Assembly (NCBI GenBank): GCA_951406725.2
Contig: OX597821.1
Location: 2,170,001-2,234,000 of the forward strand
DNA: 64,000 bases
Direction: 5' to 3'
Source of the DNA: Octopus vulgaris
Lineage: Eukaryota
This document shows positions 40,342 through 54,838 of this stretch, piece by piece. Below the pieces are notes generated by a model. The model did no database searches, was not told where the DNA came from, and saw only the letters and a list, made by a program, of their open reading frames with translations. The stretch's first letter is position 1; every line of letters begins with the position of its first letter. A program made the translations under genes and the position numbers.

Positions 40342-40966
40342 AGGCGTGGCTGTGGGATAAGACGATTGCTTCATAAACTCATGTTTCGAGGTTCAGTCCC
40401 ATTGCGTAGCACTTTCGGCAAATTTCTTGTACTAAAGCATTGTGTGTGGATTTGGTAGACGGAAACCGAAAGAATCCGTATATGTACATATATGTCTTAG
40501 TTCGTGTGTTTTTGCTACTGTGTTTTTATCCCCACCAGCGCTTGACACCCGGTGCACTGTGTGTTTATGTACCCGTAACTTAGTAGTTTGGCAAAGCAGA
40601 CTAATAGAATAAGTACCAGGTGTTTTTAAGCAATAATTAGATCGATAAATTTGACTAAAAATTCAACAAGGTGGTGCCTCAGCATGGCCTCAGTCTTATG
40701 ACAAGTAAAAGACAATATATATATATATATAGAATATATGTATATATATATTTATATCTATCTATCTATCTCTCTCTATATATATCTATACATATATATA
40801 TATACGACGGGCTTCTTTCAGTTTCCGTCTACCAAATCTACTCACAAGGCTTTGGTCGATCCTGGGCTATAGTAGAAGACACTTGCTCAAGATGCCACGC
40901 AGTGGGATTGAACCCGGAACCATGTGGTTGGTAAGCAAGCTACTTGCCACACAGCCACTTCTGCGC
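40342..40966. mobile_element. Two convergent family A SINEs (+ 40342-40715; - 40804-40966)
   Basis: Head, CORE-like and tail motifs on opposite strands. Confidence 0.85.
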
Positions 40967-41960
40967 ATATGTATGTATGTATGTGTCCACATAAACCTAT
41001 TCATTCAGATCCCGTGACCGTTTGTAGGGTCTGGTAGGCAGGGGAGAAGAAGAGAAAAAATTATCTTCATTTGACTTCATCCTGAAACCGAAAATCTGGT
41101 TCAGATACTTGCAACAGAGTGAATTCCGGCAAAGGCTCTCAACGACAAATTAAGATTAGCAATTTAAGAATTTAATTTGTAAAAGCTACAACCGACTAGT
41201 ATGAACACCAATCCGGTGCATCAACAATTTCCTCGATATATCAACCTTGACTGTCAGTTTCTCGAATCTGCCAGTCCACAAAATAAATGTGAACGATGTT
41301 TCTCTGTCCGCTACGTTTTTATGTTCGTTAAATCTTCCTAGACCGTTGGGACAATGAAACTCAAATCAGCAACACTCCTAACAGCAGGGAATGTCCTAAG
41401 GTGGGTGGGGTCTATTTTTAGGGCCGCTTAATTGGGAATCCACTGACCCCACCTATTCTTACTGCATTTTAAACTAACTACATCGCATTGGCGACCAAAT
41501 CGGAGCAATGACAATGAGTTTCATGCCATGAAATCTCAGGGAGTACCGTAAGGAGGTTCAATTTCGGAAGGGCCACTTAAATAGAGCCACATTGAGCCCC
41601 CTACTTTTACTGTATTTACCTCATTCCTACGATTAATTCCCAACACGCCAGCTGAATTCAATTCGTCTCCAGTCGAAAGACGCCTGTTGTTATGTCCTGT
41701 TATTATTATTATTATTGTGTTTTTGTATTACTTTTGTATTTATATTCGTGTAACATCGTCCATTTTTCCGTCCTTGTTTCGTATACATTCGAAGCTTTTT
41801 TTCCAAGGAATCTAATGCTCTTAGCTTAGTTTTTCCTTGGGGCTGGCCAGATTAGAGCAATCTCAAGATTAATCAGCCGAAATGGCGAGGATGATCCGGT
41901 TCTTGACTGAAGATTAAAGGCTTTGAATGACCCGTCCATGTTTTGCGTTCGTGTCCCATT

Positions 41961-42021
<61 letters not shown>

Positions 42022-42090
42022 TATATATATAAATATATATGTATGTATATATAGGTGTGTGTGTGTGTGTGTGTGTGTCCGTGTGTGTGT

Positions 42091-42413
42091 GAAAGCGCAT
42101 GGCTCAGTGGTTAGAGCGTCGGGCTTACGATCGTGGAGTTGTGAGCTCGAATCCCCGACCGGGCTGCGTGTTGTGTTCTTTAGCAAAACACTTTATTTCA
42201 GTTCACTTAGCTGTAGAAATGAGTTGCGACGTTCCAGGTGACAAGCTGTGTCGGCCTTTGCCTTTCGCTTGGATAATACTGGTGGCGTGGAGAGGGGAGA
42301 CCGGTATGCATGAGCGACGGTTACTCGCCCATAAACAACCTTGCTCGGACATTTGCCTGGGAGGTAGTGTTCTAGGCGTAATCCCATGGTCAGTCATGAC
42401 CGAAGGGGGTCTC
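42091..42413 (+). mobile_element. tRNA-derived SINE, family C
   Basis: A box TGGCTCAGTGG, B-box-like GCTCGAATCC, then gttgtgttctttagcaaaacactt. Confidence 0.88.
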
Positions 42414-42420
42414 ATTATAT

Positions 42421-42473
<53 letters not shown>

Positions 42474-42495
42474 TATTTGTATGCATGTATGTGTC

Positions 42496-42565
<70 letters not shown>

Positions 42566-42676
42566 CACACATACGCGCAATATATATATATATATATACA
42601 CTCACATGTATATATATATAGGTATCCATATATATATATATACATGCATATATATACATATGCATGTAAAAACATG

Positions 42677-42707
<31 letters not shown>

Positions 42708-43179
42708 GTTTATACATGCATAAGTATATTTATATTTATATTTCTGTGTAATTATGTATATATATATATATATATATACATATGTATGTATATGTATTTG
42801 TTCATATATGGGTCTATTATCAGGCACACACATATAATGAGTAATAAGAAAGCCGTCAGCTATATTTCCGTATAATCCATAATTAAAAAACGAAAGCAGA
42901 AGAAAGCGATACACACGTTCATATAGCCATGTTTCCGTTGTATGTTTACTATTATGCTACAAGCCAGTCTAATTTCCTGTTATCAGCGCCATCTACAGGT
43001 GACATTGAAAGTCTACCCTCTTTGGATATATATAGCACATTCTTTCCCAATAGCCTTTTTTCTGTTCTGATCTACTTTTTCCATTTATTATCTATATGCA
43101 AATGAAGTAATAGTAGGCTTCTATATTCTTAAACAATTTGTACGTAGGATCATGCATATTTCTACAGACATACAGTCGT

Positions 43180-43237
<58 letters not shown>

Positions 43238-43714
43238 CTGTATACTTCTGTGTCCATATATAGATATATGCTCAAACGCACACTCGCATATATAGACATG
43301 TACGCACAAGCATATATATATATATACATATATACTATATTCGTATATGTTGAAATTATAATTACATTCATTTATGCATTCAGGATTTTATGGTTTTAAT
43401 TGTTTCATAATATATCTTCAGTTTGACCCACAAAAACGGAGTTACATGGACACGCGTACATACAAATACACCCTTACAAGCGTATACAAACACACCACTC
43501 TATGTGTGTATATATATATATATGTATACATACATTAAGCCGTAAGGAAAAGTAATGGTAATGATGTCAAGAGATTTGAAATGCCTTTTTACTTAAGCAT
43601 ATAAACATAAGGACGGAAATAAAGAGTGCAAAATAGGTGTGAATACTACAGAGACATTTATGAAGTAAATAAACACCATTAATTTTCAAAATCTTATTAT
43701 TTGATATTAATTGG

Positions 43715-44076
43715 TTAAAGGAGAGGTTTTCTTCTAGCTGCTCGTCCATAATACACAAGCTCATGCAGATATGTAACACATATTCTTGGACTAACTTCTA
43801 GCTGTTTTGCAATGTCGGAAGCCTTTGAACGGGGTTCGTTTTCCACAATTCTCTTCAAACAGCGAAGCTTCCTTTCTGAGGTACCAGATCGGCCGGGACG
43901 AGAATCTGTTGATTCTTTTCCTTCGCTTTTGAATTGCACTATAATTCTATTAACTGTAGCAAAAGGAATTTGAAGATTTTCGGCAATTTTCGCTGCCTGA
44001 GACCAGCCTCAGATTGCCCAACATCACGACCTCTTTCAAAATTTGATAGTTCTGCTGAAATTTGTGTGTGTGGCAT
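43715..44076 (-). pseudogene. Tc1-like transposase N-terminal DNA-binding region, frameshifted
   Basis: MPHTQISAELSNFERGRDVGQSEAGL.. then ..QFKSEGKESTDSRPGR...YYGRAARRKPLL. Confidence 0.85.
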
Positions 44077-44984
44077 GGTTACTCTTGACAAATGTTTAAT
44101 ATTATGGCACCTGGAATGAAAAAGAATAATCATATTGTAAATTCTACACCGCTGAATATATATTAAGACGCTTAGATCAGAAATTTGAAAATTAAATGTG
44201 TGTATTTACCTCCTGCATGTTGTGTACATAAACGACATAGGTTTTGCCTGGAAATAAAGTGAACAAACTGCGACTTAGCCTATCCTAAGCTTTGTTTCGG
44301 ACTCCAGCAATGAACGCATTTCCATACAGCCAATGAGAGCTCACCATGACCTTGTTGTCAAGTTAACAAACACACTCAGCCACGTAAACTCAAATCGAAG
44401 AGCGGCGCTGTAAGTCGACCGATCGCCAAGTTATGTCTGATTTGGGAAGGAGACAAGTAATTAGACAGATTTGCATCTATACCTATTATCGGATTTTGTT
44501 AGGGCCCAATATGGTGGGGATGTGGATGGGAAAAATGTGGGTAGAGGGTGATGTGCTAGCAACCCACTCCCCTTAGTGTTTTAGGTAGCAAACAACAACA
44601 CAAATAACTATGCAGAGGCAGCCATGGTTGAAACAAGAACAAGATCAAAAAGCGTTATTAAAAGAGAAAAGAAGCATGAACATTCCTTACCCAAGCAACC
44701 TTATCTTATCGCCTATCACTTGTTATGCTCTCATAAATTAGTTTGATATTTGAGCTATAATTGGCTGTACGCAAATGAGTTCATAACTGGAGTCCGGAAC
44801 TCTCGTGGGAAAAGAAATTCGCGACCGGGAAAATCTGAAAAAAGTCTCAAAATTTCATTCAAGAGTGAAGAAAGGTGACAGTTCTGGAAAGGCTGGTATG
44901 TGACTTGGGTGTCAAGTGTTTTACTGGTTTCTATTGCGTAGTCCAAATATCGCGACCAGTCTATCCAATGTGAGGAGTGAGTCA

Positions 44985-45180
44985 CGAAACACAAAGGCCC
45001 ACATATCTTCATTAGTCTGCTAAAGCACTTGAGAAACTTAAAGAATGTGGATGTCTTTAAGCAAGACATGGACCAACTCCTAAGTAGCACGATTGTACAT
45101 AAACAAGCGTCTCGATTTAAAGAACAGACGTGGGCGGCAAGTAAAATTATCTCATACTCTCAGTCAACGAAATGCCAAGA
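44985..45180 (+). pseudogene. CR1/L2-like LINE C-terminal remnant
   Basis: KGPHIFISLLKHLRNLKNVDVFKQDMDQLLS resembles GPxLFNxLPxxLRxLxxVDVFKxxLDxxL. Confidence 0.55.
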
Positions 45181-45410
45181 AAAAGCTATATGCAAGTGTG
45201 GGGATATGAAATGTGCCACCAGCCCTAAGAAATCACCCACATAAGAGGTCTGTAGAAGAGCTGCAATGTGAGAGTGGTGTTCATAGAAGAGCGCAGGTGC
45301 ATGGAAAAACGCGAATAGGAGAGATAAAAGATATATATACATAAATACAGAAATACATACATACACGCATACATACATGTAAACGTGTATATATATATAT
45401 ACACACATAC

Positions 45411-45456
<46 letters not shown>

Positions 45457-45607
45457 GTATATATATATATATATATATTTACATGTATATATGTCTGCAT
45501 GAGTGTGTGTGTTTGTGAAGATGTAATTGTCTGTGAAATTATATTACCATTGCTAAAATGTTAGAGAAATACACACACAAGCAAGCACATGCATATACTC
45601 ATACATA

Positions 45608-45657
<50 letters not shown>

Positions 45658-45680
45658 ATTTAGCAGAAGTAGCAAAATTA

Positions 45681-45730
45681 CTCAAGATCCGAGAATTTCG
45701 TGCGTTGGCACTTATCAAACTTATTTTGAG
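45681..45730 (-). ncRNA. HHR-like motif with U3-A8 core; helix I displaced
   Basis: Minus strand: UUGAUAA-GUGC caac GCAC-GAAAUU-CUCG-GAUC/UUGAG; the CUCAA partner lies 7 nt upstream of the core. Confidence 0.45.
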
Positions 45731-45756
45731 CTCTGTTTTTCCTGTTGGCACCAACA

Positions 45757-45807
<51 letters not shown>

Positions 45808-46132
45808 CATTCAACCAACTTCCTCTGTGGATATTGATTTGTACGTACTCTAAAATATTGTAATATTGTACACACGTCTTCCAATTCATACCATATTTCC
45901 ATCAATTGCGAAATAAAGTGCTGCATCGAAATATACAAATTAGCAACACATTACTACATTTATGTCTATAAAACTGAATATCAATGCACTCTCTTTTATT
46001 GAATTGCACCAGATTTCAGTCTGCACCAACTGATACTGTAGAGGTAAACGTTTCTTTTTCCTCACAATGTTTATAGATGCATTCACAGAAACATGCGGAC
46101 ATTCACACAAACATATCAATTCTACATATTCA

Positions 46133-46169
<37 letters not shown>

Positions 46170-46399
46170 CACATGCACGCACACAGACATTACAAAGACG
46201 CATATATATGCATGTATATCTATATATATGTATATATGTGTGTGTGTGAATGTGTGCGTGTGTGTCTGTTATATGCATATGGTTTATAGCCTGTGAGTGA
46301 ATATGTGCCAATTTTAATATATGTGTATGTTGGTATAGTGCGTATACACAGACACACACTCATATATTACAAACATGCATATATATATATGTATATATA

Positions 46400-46809
46400 A
46401 GGTGAGCAGGCAGAACCGTTTGCACACCGGGCGAAATACTCAGTGGTAAATTTCGTCTGCCATTACGTTCTGAGTTCAAATTCCGCCGAGGTCTACTTTG
46501 CGTTTCATCCTTTCGGGGTCGATTAAATAAGTACCAGTTATGCACTGGCGTCGAGAAAATCGACTTAATCCGTTTCCCTGTCCTTGTTTGTCCTCATTGT
46601 GTTTAGCCCCTTGTGGGTAGTAAAGAAATAGATATTTCGTCTGTCGCTACGTTCTGAGTTCAAATTCCGCCGCGGTCGTCTTTGCTTTTCATCCTTTCGG
46701 GGTCGATTATACAAGCACCAGCTACGCACTGGCGTCGATGTAATCGACTTAATCCCTTTGTCTGTCCTTGTTTATCCCTTCTATGTTTAGCCCCTTGTGG
46801 GCAATAAAG

Positions 46810-46812
<3 letters not shown>
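46400..46812 (+). mobile_element. Family B SINE with tandem-duplicated body (184-bp period)
   Basis: atttcgtctg at 46450 and 46634; single head. Confidence 0.9.
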
Positions 46813-46858
<46 letters not shown>

Positions 46859-46929
46859 TATATATGTAAATGGCGGTTCGCAGCATGGCCACAGCTCATT
46901 AGCTGAAACTGGAAAATCAAAATCAAAAT

Positions 46930-46983
<54 letters not shown>

Positions 46984-47139
46984 TGTATGTCCTTGTGTGT
47001 TTGTTATATGCAATATGATTTTTAGTCTGTGAATAAAAATATGCATATTTGAATATATCTGTGTATTGGTGTAATTATACTGTAAAAAGATATAATATAA
47101 TATAATATAACAAATAATTGAAATAAATATAATCCAGCA

Positions 47140-47210
47140 AACTGTTTCGACTCATATCCAGTAGTAAATTTATAAAAATTCCCATTTATGAATATGAGAG
47201 TCCTCAGGTT
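47140..47210 (-). ncRNA. Degenerate HHR-like motif
   Basis: Minus strand: CUGAGGA-cuCUCAUAUUCA...UGGAUAUGAGuc-GAAAC; helices I and III poor. Confidence 0.35.
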
Positions 47211-48099
47211 AATATTTTATTGGGGTTTTTTTCTATATGTAATTTAGGTCGGCAAATAGAATCTCGAACATCGGTCCAAAATGTGTGTTTGAATAATATG
47301 AATTCCTCGGTTTTAAATTATACATTCATAATGATCCCTCTTGTTGGCTTCGATAAAATGCCTAGAATATATAAGTTACGTTTAACTATGCGAACTAAAG
47401 ATGTATTGTGATAAGACATATAGAGATTCACACATAAGACTGAGGTTTCAATTCTCGTCTGAAGAGTTATTTACGGTTTCGGCCAATGAAATCTATTTCA
47501 GGTTTATTCCTTCAATTTTTCTAGCGAAAATGTTCTTTAAGCCAACCAGTATAATGATCAGCGTCGAGGTAATGCCACTGCATTTCAAGAGTCAGTCATG
47601 AGTCCAATTATCATCACAAATACATAAAGAGGAATGGAACCAGCAACGGACTGCTTCATCTTGACCTTTTTTCTTTAATGTTCTGTTACATTGTTTGCAC
47701 CAGCGATCTGTCACATGCCTGGTGTTAAAAAAGTAGATTCCATATCGATATGTGTAATCATGTTTACAATTTCATATTACGTATTTTATTACAATTACAA
47801 CTCTATTCAATTTCGTATATATATATATATATATATATACATACATACATATATATGTGGGTCACACATATACATACATGTAAGCATTGTTATGATTTCT
47901 CGCCAAAACATGCGATCTATTCATTATAATGATTTAATAAGACTATAAACCTAATATTATTAGAGGAAATGATTGAATCACCTCTGCTCTGTGCACATAG
48001 ACGTTTACTCATACATACGACCACATGCAAACACGTTGCACACATATACACATACTGTGATAAGGACATCAGAAATATAAATGTATGTGTGTGTACACG

Positions 48100-48137
<38 letters not shown>

Positions 48138-49599
48138 TCTCACTCTATATATATATGTATAAATACATATATCTATCTATTTATATATTCATATATATGT
48201 ATGTGTATACATCGTATGTGTGTGTGTGTATGTGTGTATGTTGCTGTGTGTGTGTATGTGTACAAGATGCTACGTATGGACGTATAGCCTTGCCATTTAA
48301 TTCCACAGATATTATTTATGCAATAGAGATACACTTTCCAGATATAATTGCCACACGCTGGTGCTACGCTGTCTCCGAATTACGCTGGATTGAATTTATG
48401 ACATTGTACGTCTCTTGCATGCTTCTCCTTCAGGCTCGCTGGCTTTCTGTCGACGTGTGTGCCTCTATTAAAAACAATAAACAATCTTCAGAAACCTTAT
48501 AAAGAAATACATAATTTAGATATGATTATTTCAATCAAGAGAGAAGTCAATCCAAAGCGAACTCTTGTCGATAGATCCAATTTCAATTAAATCCCTTCTC
48601 GTGTCTATTACTGAATGGTAAAATGAAATTGATGTAATATGAAATTACAGATGAAATGGCTGTCAACTGTTGGAGGCGTATATCGTTTCGAGGTGTTAAA
48701 TTGATCTCTTCCAAGATTTCTCGACATGATGACTCCTCACGTTAATCATTCATTATAAATGGTTTTTACACGGATACGGATATGTATCATAATATACGTA
48801 TGTATGTTTGTATGAATGTATATATGCCTGTATGTATGGTTTTCTGCATATATATAACCATACTTTCATGTATGCATGCTTATGCATATGCGAGAAAATG
48901 TATGGAACCATATGTGTGTGTGCACGCTTGTATATGTGTGAATGTGTGTGTGTATATGTATGTCATTATTCACTTTATTTTCAAGATTTGTTGCCAATAA
49001 AAAAACAATCGGTTTCTAACCTAGATCCAAGGCTCCTTCTTTGGAATTTCAACATCAACAACAGGGTATTTTGTATGTATGTATGTTTTATGTATGTATG
49101 TTTTATGTATGTATTCTCATGCATATAATTGTATATCTAGACATGATTTTATATATTCAAGTGATAAACTTCTGGAAAGTTTCACAGTTGCACTGATGGA
49201 TTGGGTCTGTAGTCTATTTATGAATGTAGGTATATATGCATGTATGTATGTGTTGGTTACATGTAGGGAGACTGTCTTATGTAAGTATACTCATATATAT
49301 ATATAAATGTAGTTGAACGCAGTTATTATTCAAATTCTTATTTCTTTCGACATATGTTTAGAAGACAACATTGGTTTTATTACAAAGGAATAAACAGTGT
49401 AAAATAATGTAACCTTTTCATCAGGAAAGAAAGAGAACCTATCTCAGCAACAAGATATTATAACAATTTAGATGACTGCGTAAATGATAAACAGAACGCT
49501 ATTAAGTATTTAAAAAAATACAACCGTTAGTAGATATGACGTGAAAGGCAGACCATAAGAAGAGAAGGGGTAAAGAAATAATAAGTAGAGAACAAATAA

Positions 49600-50650
49600 A
49601 GAGAGATATATTGGTTGAAAAATGTTCAAAGGCTTGGAAGCAGATTTCTCTATTGAAGAAACTAAATTTCCAAACTATACAGACTGGTATAAATCACTTA
49701 TATGAGCCAGTGCTTTCATTTGTAAGATCGTTCTATAAGTGGGTATGGATTGTTCTCGTAACTATACCAGTTCACATAGGATAAGAATACCCTGCTTACA
49801 GCGTGGATGATGTCCTTATTTCTATTGCTAAAACTTAGCATAAGTTGTGGCATATAGTTTGTTTAATTGCATCCATGTCAATTTTATTTTTTGATATTAA
49901 CTCATTTTCGTATATTGCACAACCATAATTTGTGAGAGCTAATAACACCGTTGTTAATTTGAAATAGGCACATCTAGGCTACAAAGCAATGTATTACATT
50001 CTTCTGATGCGCTTTTCTGCTTCTCAAGAATTGTTGAGGTAGAGTAGAGCAACATCTCTGTGCATACCTGGTTATCAGTAAGGAAGTACTTTCTGAGAAG
50101 CACCTATTCACTTTTTATGACGTTATTCATTTCACGTATGCAACTTGATATATGGAACAACTCTGAGTGTCTTTTGTAGATGCTGTAAGATAGTTCGCTT
50201 TGATGTTAAAATTTTGATGTTAAAATTTTGTAGATATTGTAAGGTAGTTCCTTTTGATGTAAAAATTTGGATCAATAATGTTGGGGCATAAGTATCAAAG
50301 ACCGCACTTTTCTTCGTATAAGAATTTAGGACACTCAAGTGTCCTACATCAATATACGAATCGTGGGAGAGCAAAGATGTCGCAGAAGGTTCTGGGGAGA
50401 ATATTTACTTTTTCCTGGTGATACCATTTATCGGTTTGGTGAGGTTTTGTGATAAGTACCATTCAAGGAAAGGTTGTGATCTATCTCTATGTACCTGTTA
50501 CATTTCTCGTCAGATACCAATAATATGGAAGAGATCGATAGAAACATTGTTGCATTTTTACATGAAATTTTGCGGAATTTTATTACTTATCTGTTAACTA
50601 AGATTCCCGATTGATAGGGATAAATATTTTTATACCAAAATTAAAAATAT
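49600..50650 (+). pseudogene. Possible highly decayed Penelope-like RT/EN region
   Basis: Scattered motifs in PLE order across frames: YSVDDVLI (YVDD-like), FNCIHVNF, CDKYH..G.DLS, AFLH, PIDRD. Confidence 0.3.
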
Positions 50651-50954
50651 GAAAGTGTTTTCTCAAATTAAAAACAATATTCCATTAATGCTGACACAAG
50701 TCTAATAGGAGATAATGCATTGCACAACAAATAAACGCTATCATTGTGGCCATACTTACATAGATCAAAAGATCATTCAGACATTGATGTGATGGTTGCC
50801 TACATGATGGTAACGTTAAAACTTAAATTTACATTAAAGTCCTCTTTTGGCTTTTAAATAATAGATAACTCTCTGCCTCTCCCTCTCTATATATGCATAC
50901 ACACACAAGCACTTACACATAGAATATACACACATGCACATACACATCTCTGTC

Positions 50955-50990
<36 letters not shown>

Positions 50991-51023
50991 TGTATCTATG
51001 TATCTATCTATTTATCTGTATAC

Positions 51024-51073
<50 letters not shown>

Positions 51074-51080
51074 ATGTATT

Positions 51081-51290
51081 GTGAAGGTGCGTGCACAAGT
51101 GGTTACGTCGTTGCACTCATGATCGGTAGATCGTGGGTTCGATTCACTGATTGGGCGGCGCGCTGCGTTCTTGAGCACGACTCTTTATTTCACGTTGCTG
51201 CAGTCCCTCTTTTGATCAGAGAAGAATGTTGGCCTGTTTGCAAAACTAATAGGGTGATGTTATTTGAATGTTAAAATATGGAAAAAGCGC
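51081..51290 (+). mobile_element. Family C SINE, degraded, abutting the mariner
   Basis: GGTTCGATTC B box; gttcttgagcacgactctttatttcacgttgct. Confidence 0.75.
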
Positions 51291-51291
51291 G

Positions 51292-52563
51292 TTGGGTTGG
51301 CAAGAAAGTAATTTCGGTTTTTTTGTGTGACAAAAGTAATTTTTTATTTTTATACGAAGAATGAACTTTAAACAATTATGTATTTTTCATTTTCTTCGAT
51401 GACCTTTTGCCATCTTTCTGGCAACTGCATGATTCCGCGCTGGTAGGACTTCTGGTCCTTATCAGCCAAAACCTGAAGCAAGTGCAATTTCAGGTCATCA
51501 TAAAAAATGAAAGATTTACTATTCAAATAATTTTGCAAACTTCGAAATAATTGATTATCTGATAGGGTAAGGACAGGGCTATATGGTGAAAATATCAACA
51601 CCTCTCAACCAATACCAGTAATTTTCATGAGTTAGCAAAGACATGGATGGTCTAGCATTGTCATGGTGGAACACGATTCCTTTACGATTTATCAATTCTG
51701 TCCGTTGTTCTTTTATTGCTTCCTCCAGTTTCGTTAGTTGTTGACAGTAAATATCTCAATTGTTAGTTTGGTTCCTTGGAAGCAGCTCAAAATATACAAC
51801 ATATTTGTAATCTCACCAAATTAACAACATGATTTATTTTCATGCAATTCAGGTTTCAATGTGGTTTGTGCTAGTTCATTACGCTTGGACCATGATTATT
51901 TTCGATTGATGTTCTTGTAGACAATCCATTTATCATCACCAGTGAGGATTCATTAAAAAAAGTCGATTTCATTGCATTTGAGGTGCATATCACAAATATT
52001 GATGTGTTGCTTTAAATGAATCTCTTTCTATTTTTGTGGAACCCAAATATCGAGCTTCTAAACGAGTCCAAGACAATTTAAATGATTTTCAATTGTTGTG
52101 TGAGATACATTTAACCTCTCTGCAAACTCTTGCAAAGTTATATGAGAATTAGATTCAATTATAGATTCGATTCGGTCAACAACATCTTCAGTAGGTCGAA
52201 CCGAACGTTGGTCATCTTCGAGTGGCAAGTATTCAGAGAGGAATTTTTAAAACCGTTTCTGACATGCGCATTCTGTTAAGCAATCAACACCATAAACTTC
52301 ACATATCTCTTTGTGAATCGCAGCAGCTTTCTTACTTTTATGGAAATAATGAAGCAAAATATTGCAAAAATGCTCCTTTTTGCACTCCATGTTAAAATTA
52401 TCACAGACCTAACAGATGTTAAGAAAATTATGCTCAATTTGCATCTAAAGTAAGCTAAAAGAAACAGCTATGAAATGTCAAAAAGAAAAAAATTTAGAAC
52501 ATTGACAAAAGTCATTCAAAAAATCTATTTGTGAAAAGCAAAATTACTTACTTGCCAACCCAG
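51292..52563 (-). mobile_element. Near full-length degenerate mariner (Hsmar1/cecropia-like TIRs), ~1.27 kb
   Basis: TIRs ttgggttggcaagaaagtaattt / aaattacttacttgccaacccag-TA; transposase remnant from ATG 52390 (MECKKEHFCNILLHYF..EICEVYG) to 51368 (PYSPVLTLSDNQLFRSLQNYL..RGIMQLPERWQKVIE); stops and frameshifts. Confidence 0.93.
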
Positions 52564-52631
52564 TATAAACATACACACATACAAACATATATATAAATGT
52601 GTATGTGTCTTTGTGCATGGGTGCATGTGTT

Positions 52632-52684
<53 letters not shown>

Positions 52685-52819
52685 ATTATATATATACATA
52701 CTGGTATTATAAATATATATAAATAAAGTTTATATATATATGTGTATATATACATACATATATGTACATAGTTACATATATATGTATGTATGTATATATA
52801 TATATGGATATATGTGTAC

Positions 52820-53029
52820 AGGATGTCACAAAACGTAAACAACATGAAATACGAAGACAAACTTAGGTATGCAAGCAACGAGAGAAACAGCTGAAATAGA
52901 TGGACAGCAGACAACTGATGAAGGGTCGTAATTTATGTTGCTCGCCTTGTTTTCCAAATTGTTTCTCTCGTTGTTCGTATACCCAAGTTTGTCTTCGTAT
53001 TTCATGTTGTTTACTTTTTGCGACATCCT
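52820..53029. repeat. Fold-back element: ~70-bp inverted arms, ~70-bp spacer, in (TA)n
   Basis: aggatgtcac...gagagaaaca (52820-52889) versus tgtttctctc...gacatcct (52960-53029). Confidence 0.9.
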
Positions 53030-53089
53030 ATACCATATATGCATATATACACATATGTAAGTAAGTATCTACATATATGTATATATATA

Positions 53090-53159
<70 letters not shown>

Positions 53160-53516
53160 AATATATATATTTATATATCCACATGAGTCAGGCATCTTTG
53201 TCTTTGCTATCAAAAGTTTACTGCTGTAATACTTACTGGAAGACTGATATCTTGAAGAATAAATACTCTGACGATTTTCATATTTTTAATAATCTCTTTG
53301 TCAATAAAACTTCAGAAGCCAAAAAACAAAATCGAAATGTATCAATACTGAAGACTATTGATGACATATTTATGTCATTTTATATTTCTATATAATTTGA
53401 TATTATACATTTAAAAAAAAATTTTTGTCTTGAAAACTAATTCACCTCATATGACTGTAAATGCATATATTTATTGATATACGTGTACGAACGAACACAG
53501 ATATGCATATACATTC

Positions 53517-53548
<32 letters not shown>

Positions 53549-53694
53549 TTGTGTGTATGTGTGTGTGCGTGTGTGTTTGTGTGTGTCTGTGTATGTGTAT
53601 GTGTATGTGTGTGTTTGTTTATGTGTGTGTATACATATATATACGTATATTTATATATCCATATGCATATATGTATGTGTGTATATATATGCAA

Positions 53695-53754
<60 letters not shown>

Positions 53755-53815
53755 GTGTGTGTGTGTATACATATATATGTATATATTTATATGTATATAT
53801 ATATATATATGCATG

Positions 53816-53855
<40 letters not shown>

Positions 53856-54521
53856 CATACATACGTATGTGTATATAGCATATTTATGCGTATTTGTATG
53901 TATGCTTATATACATATCTACCAATTAATATACGTACAAGAAATTTCTATACACATACATACACTTATTCGTACAACCATACAAAATACAAATACTTACG
54001 TAGGTGTACAGACTCGTACCCCCACACACCGCACACCCATGTATACCCATACATCTACATGTACGTATAGAGACGTCGGAGAAGAAATATAGCATTATGT
54101 TGTCAAATAATTATTTGATACATTATACAGCTGATTGATGATGTTTCGTACGAAAATGACAAACTAGATTTGCAGAAGTCTGTGATTGTCTCTCTCCCAA
54201 TAAGCCGATATCTGTCACAATTCTAAAATATGTCAGAGGGAGTTCAACTTCTCACTTGATGTATGGATTAAGGTCACCGATTCGTATTCATACACTACCG
54301 CGTCCTGTCTTCTCTGTGTCTCGCTCTCCGTACGTCTGGCTCACGTTTCTGCCATGTGCTACTTCGTTCGCGAATTATATATATCCACTTTCAGGCAGGT
54401 ATGTATTCATGGACCTATGAATGCGTGCAAGTATTATGCATGCATGCATGGATTCATGCGTACATATACACGCATGCATATATATGTATCCAGGTACATA
54501 TGCGCATATATAGACACACAC

Positions 54522-54554
<33 letters not shown>

Positions 54555-54594
54555 AGTGTGTGTGTATGTGTATGTATGTATGTATGTACACATA

Positions 54595-54644
<50 letters not shown>

Positions 54645-54759
54645 TATGTACATACATACATACATACACACAAACATATATATATATATGTACATACACA
54701 CACACATATATATATATGTACATACATACATACACACACACATATATATATGTACATAC

Positions 54760-54838
<79 letters not shown>

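Noticed and set aside
41010-41960. Possible Helentron/DINE-like repeats and a pLTR relic with GAAA-adjacent stems
   Set aside because: Termini and ribozyme core too degenerate to support a call
53260-53350. CTGACGA...aaaatcGAAA HHR-like spacing
   Set aside because: Helix II out of register and no helix I; likely chance in AT-rich DNA
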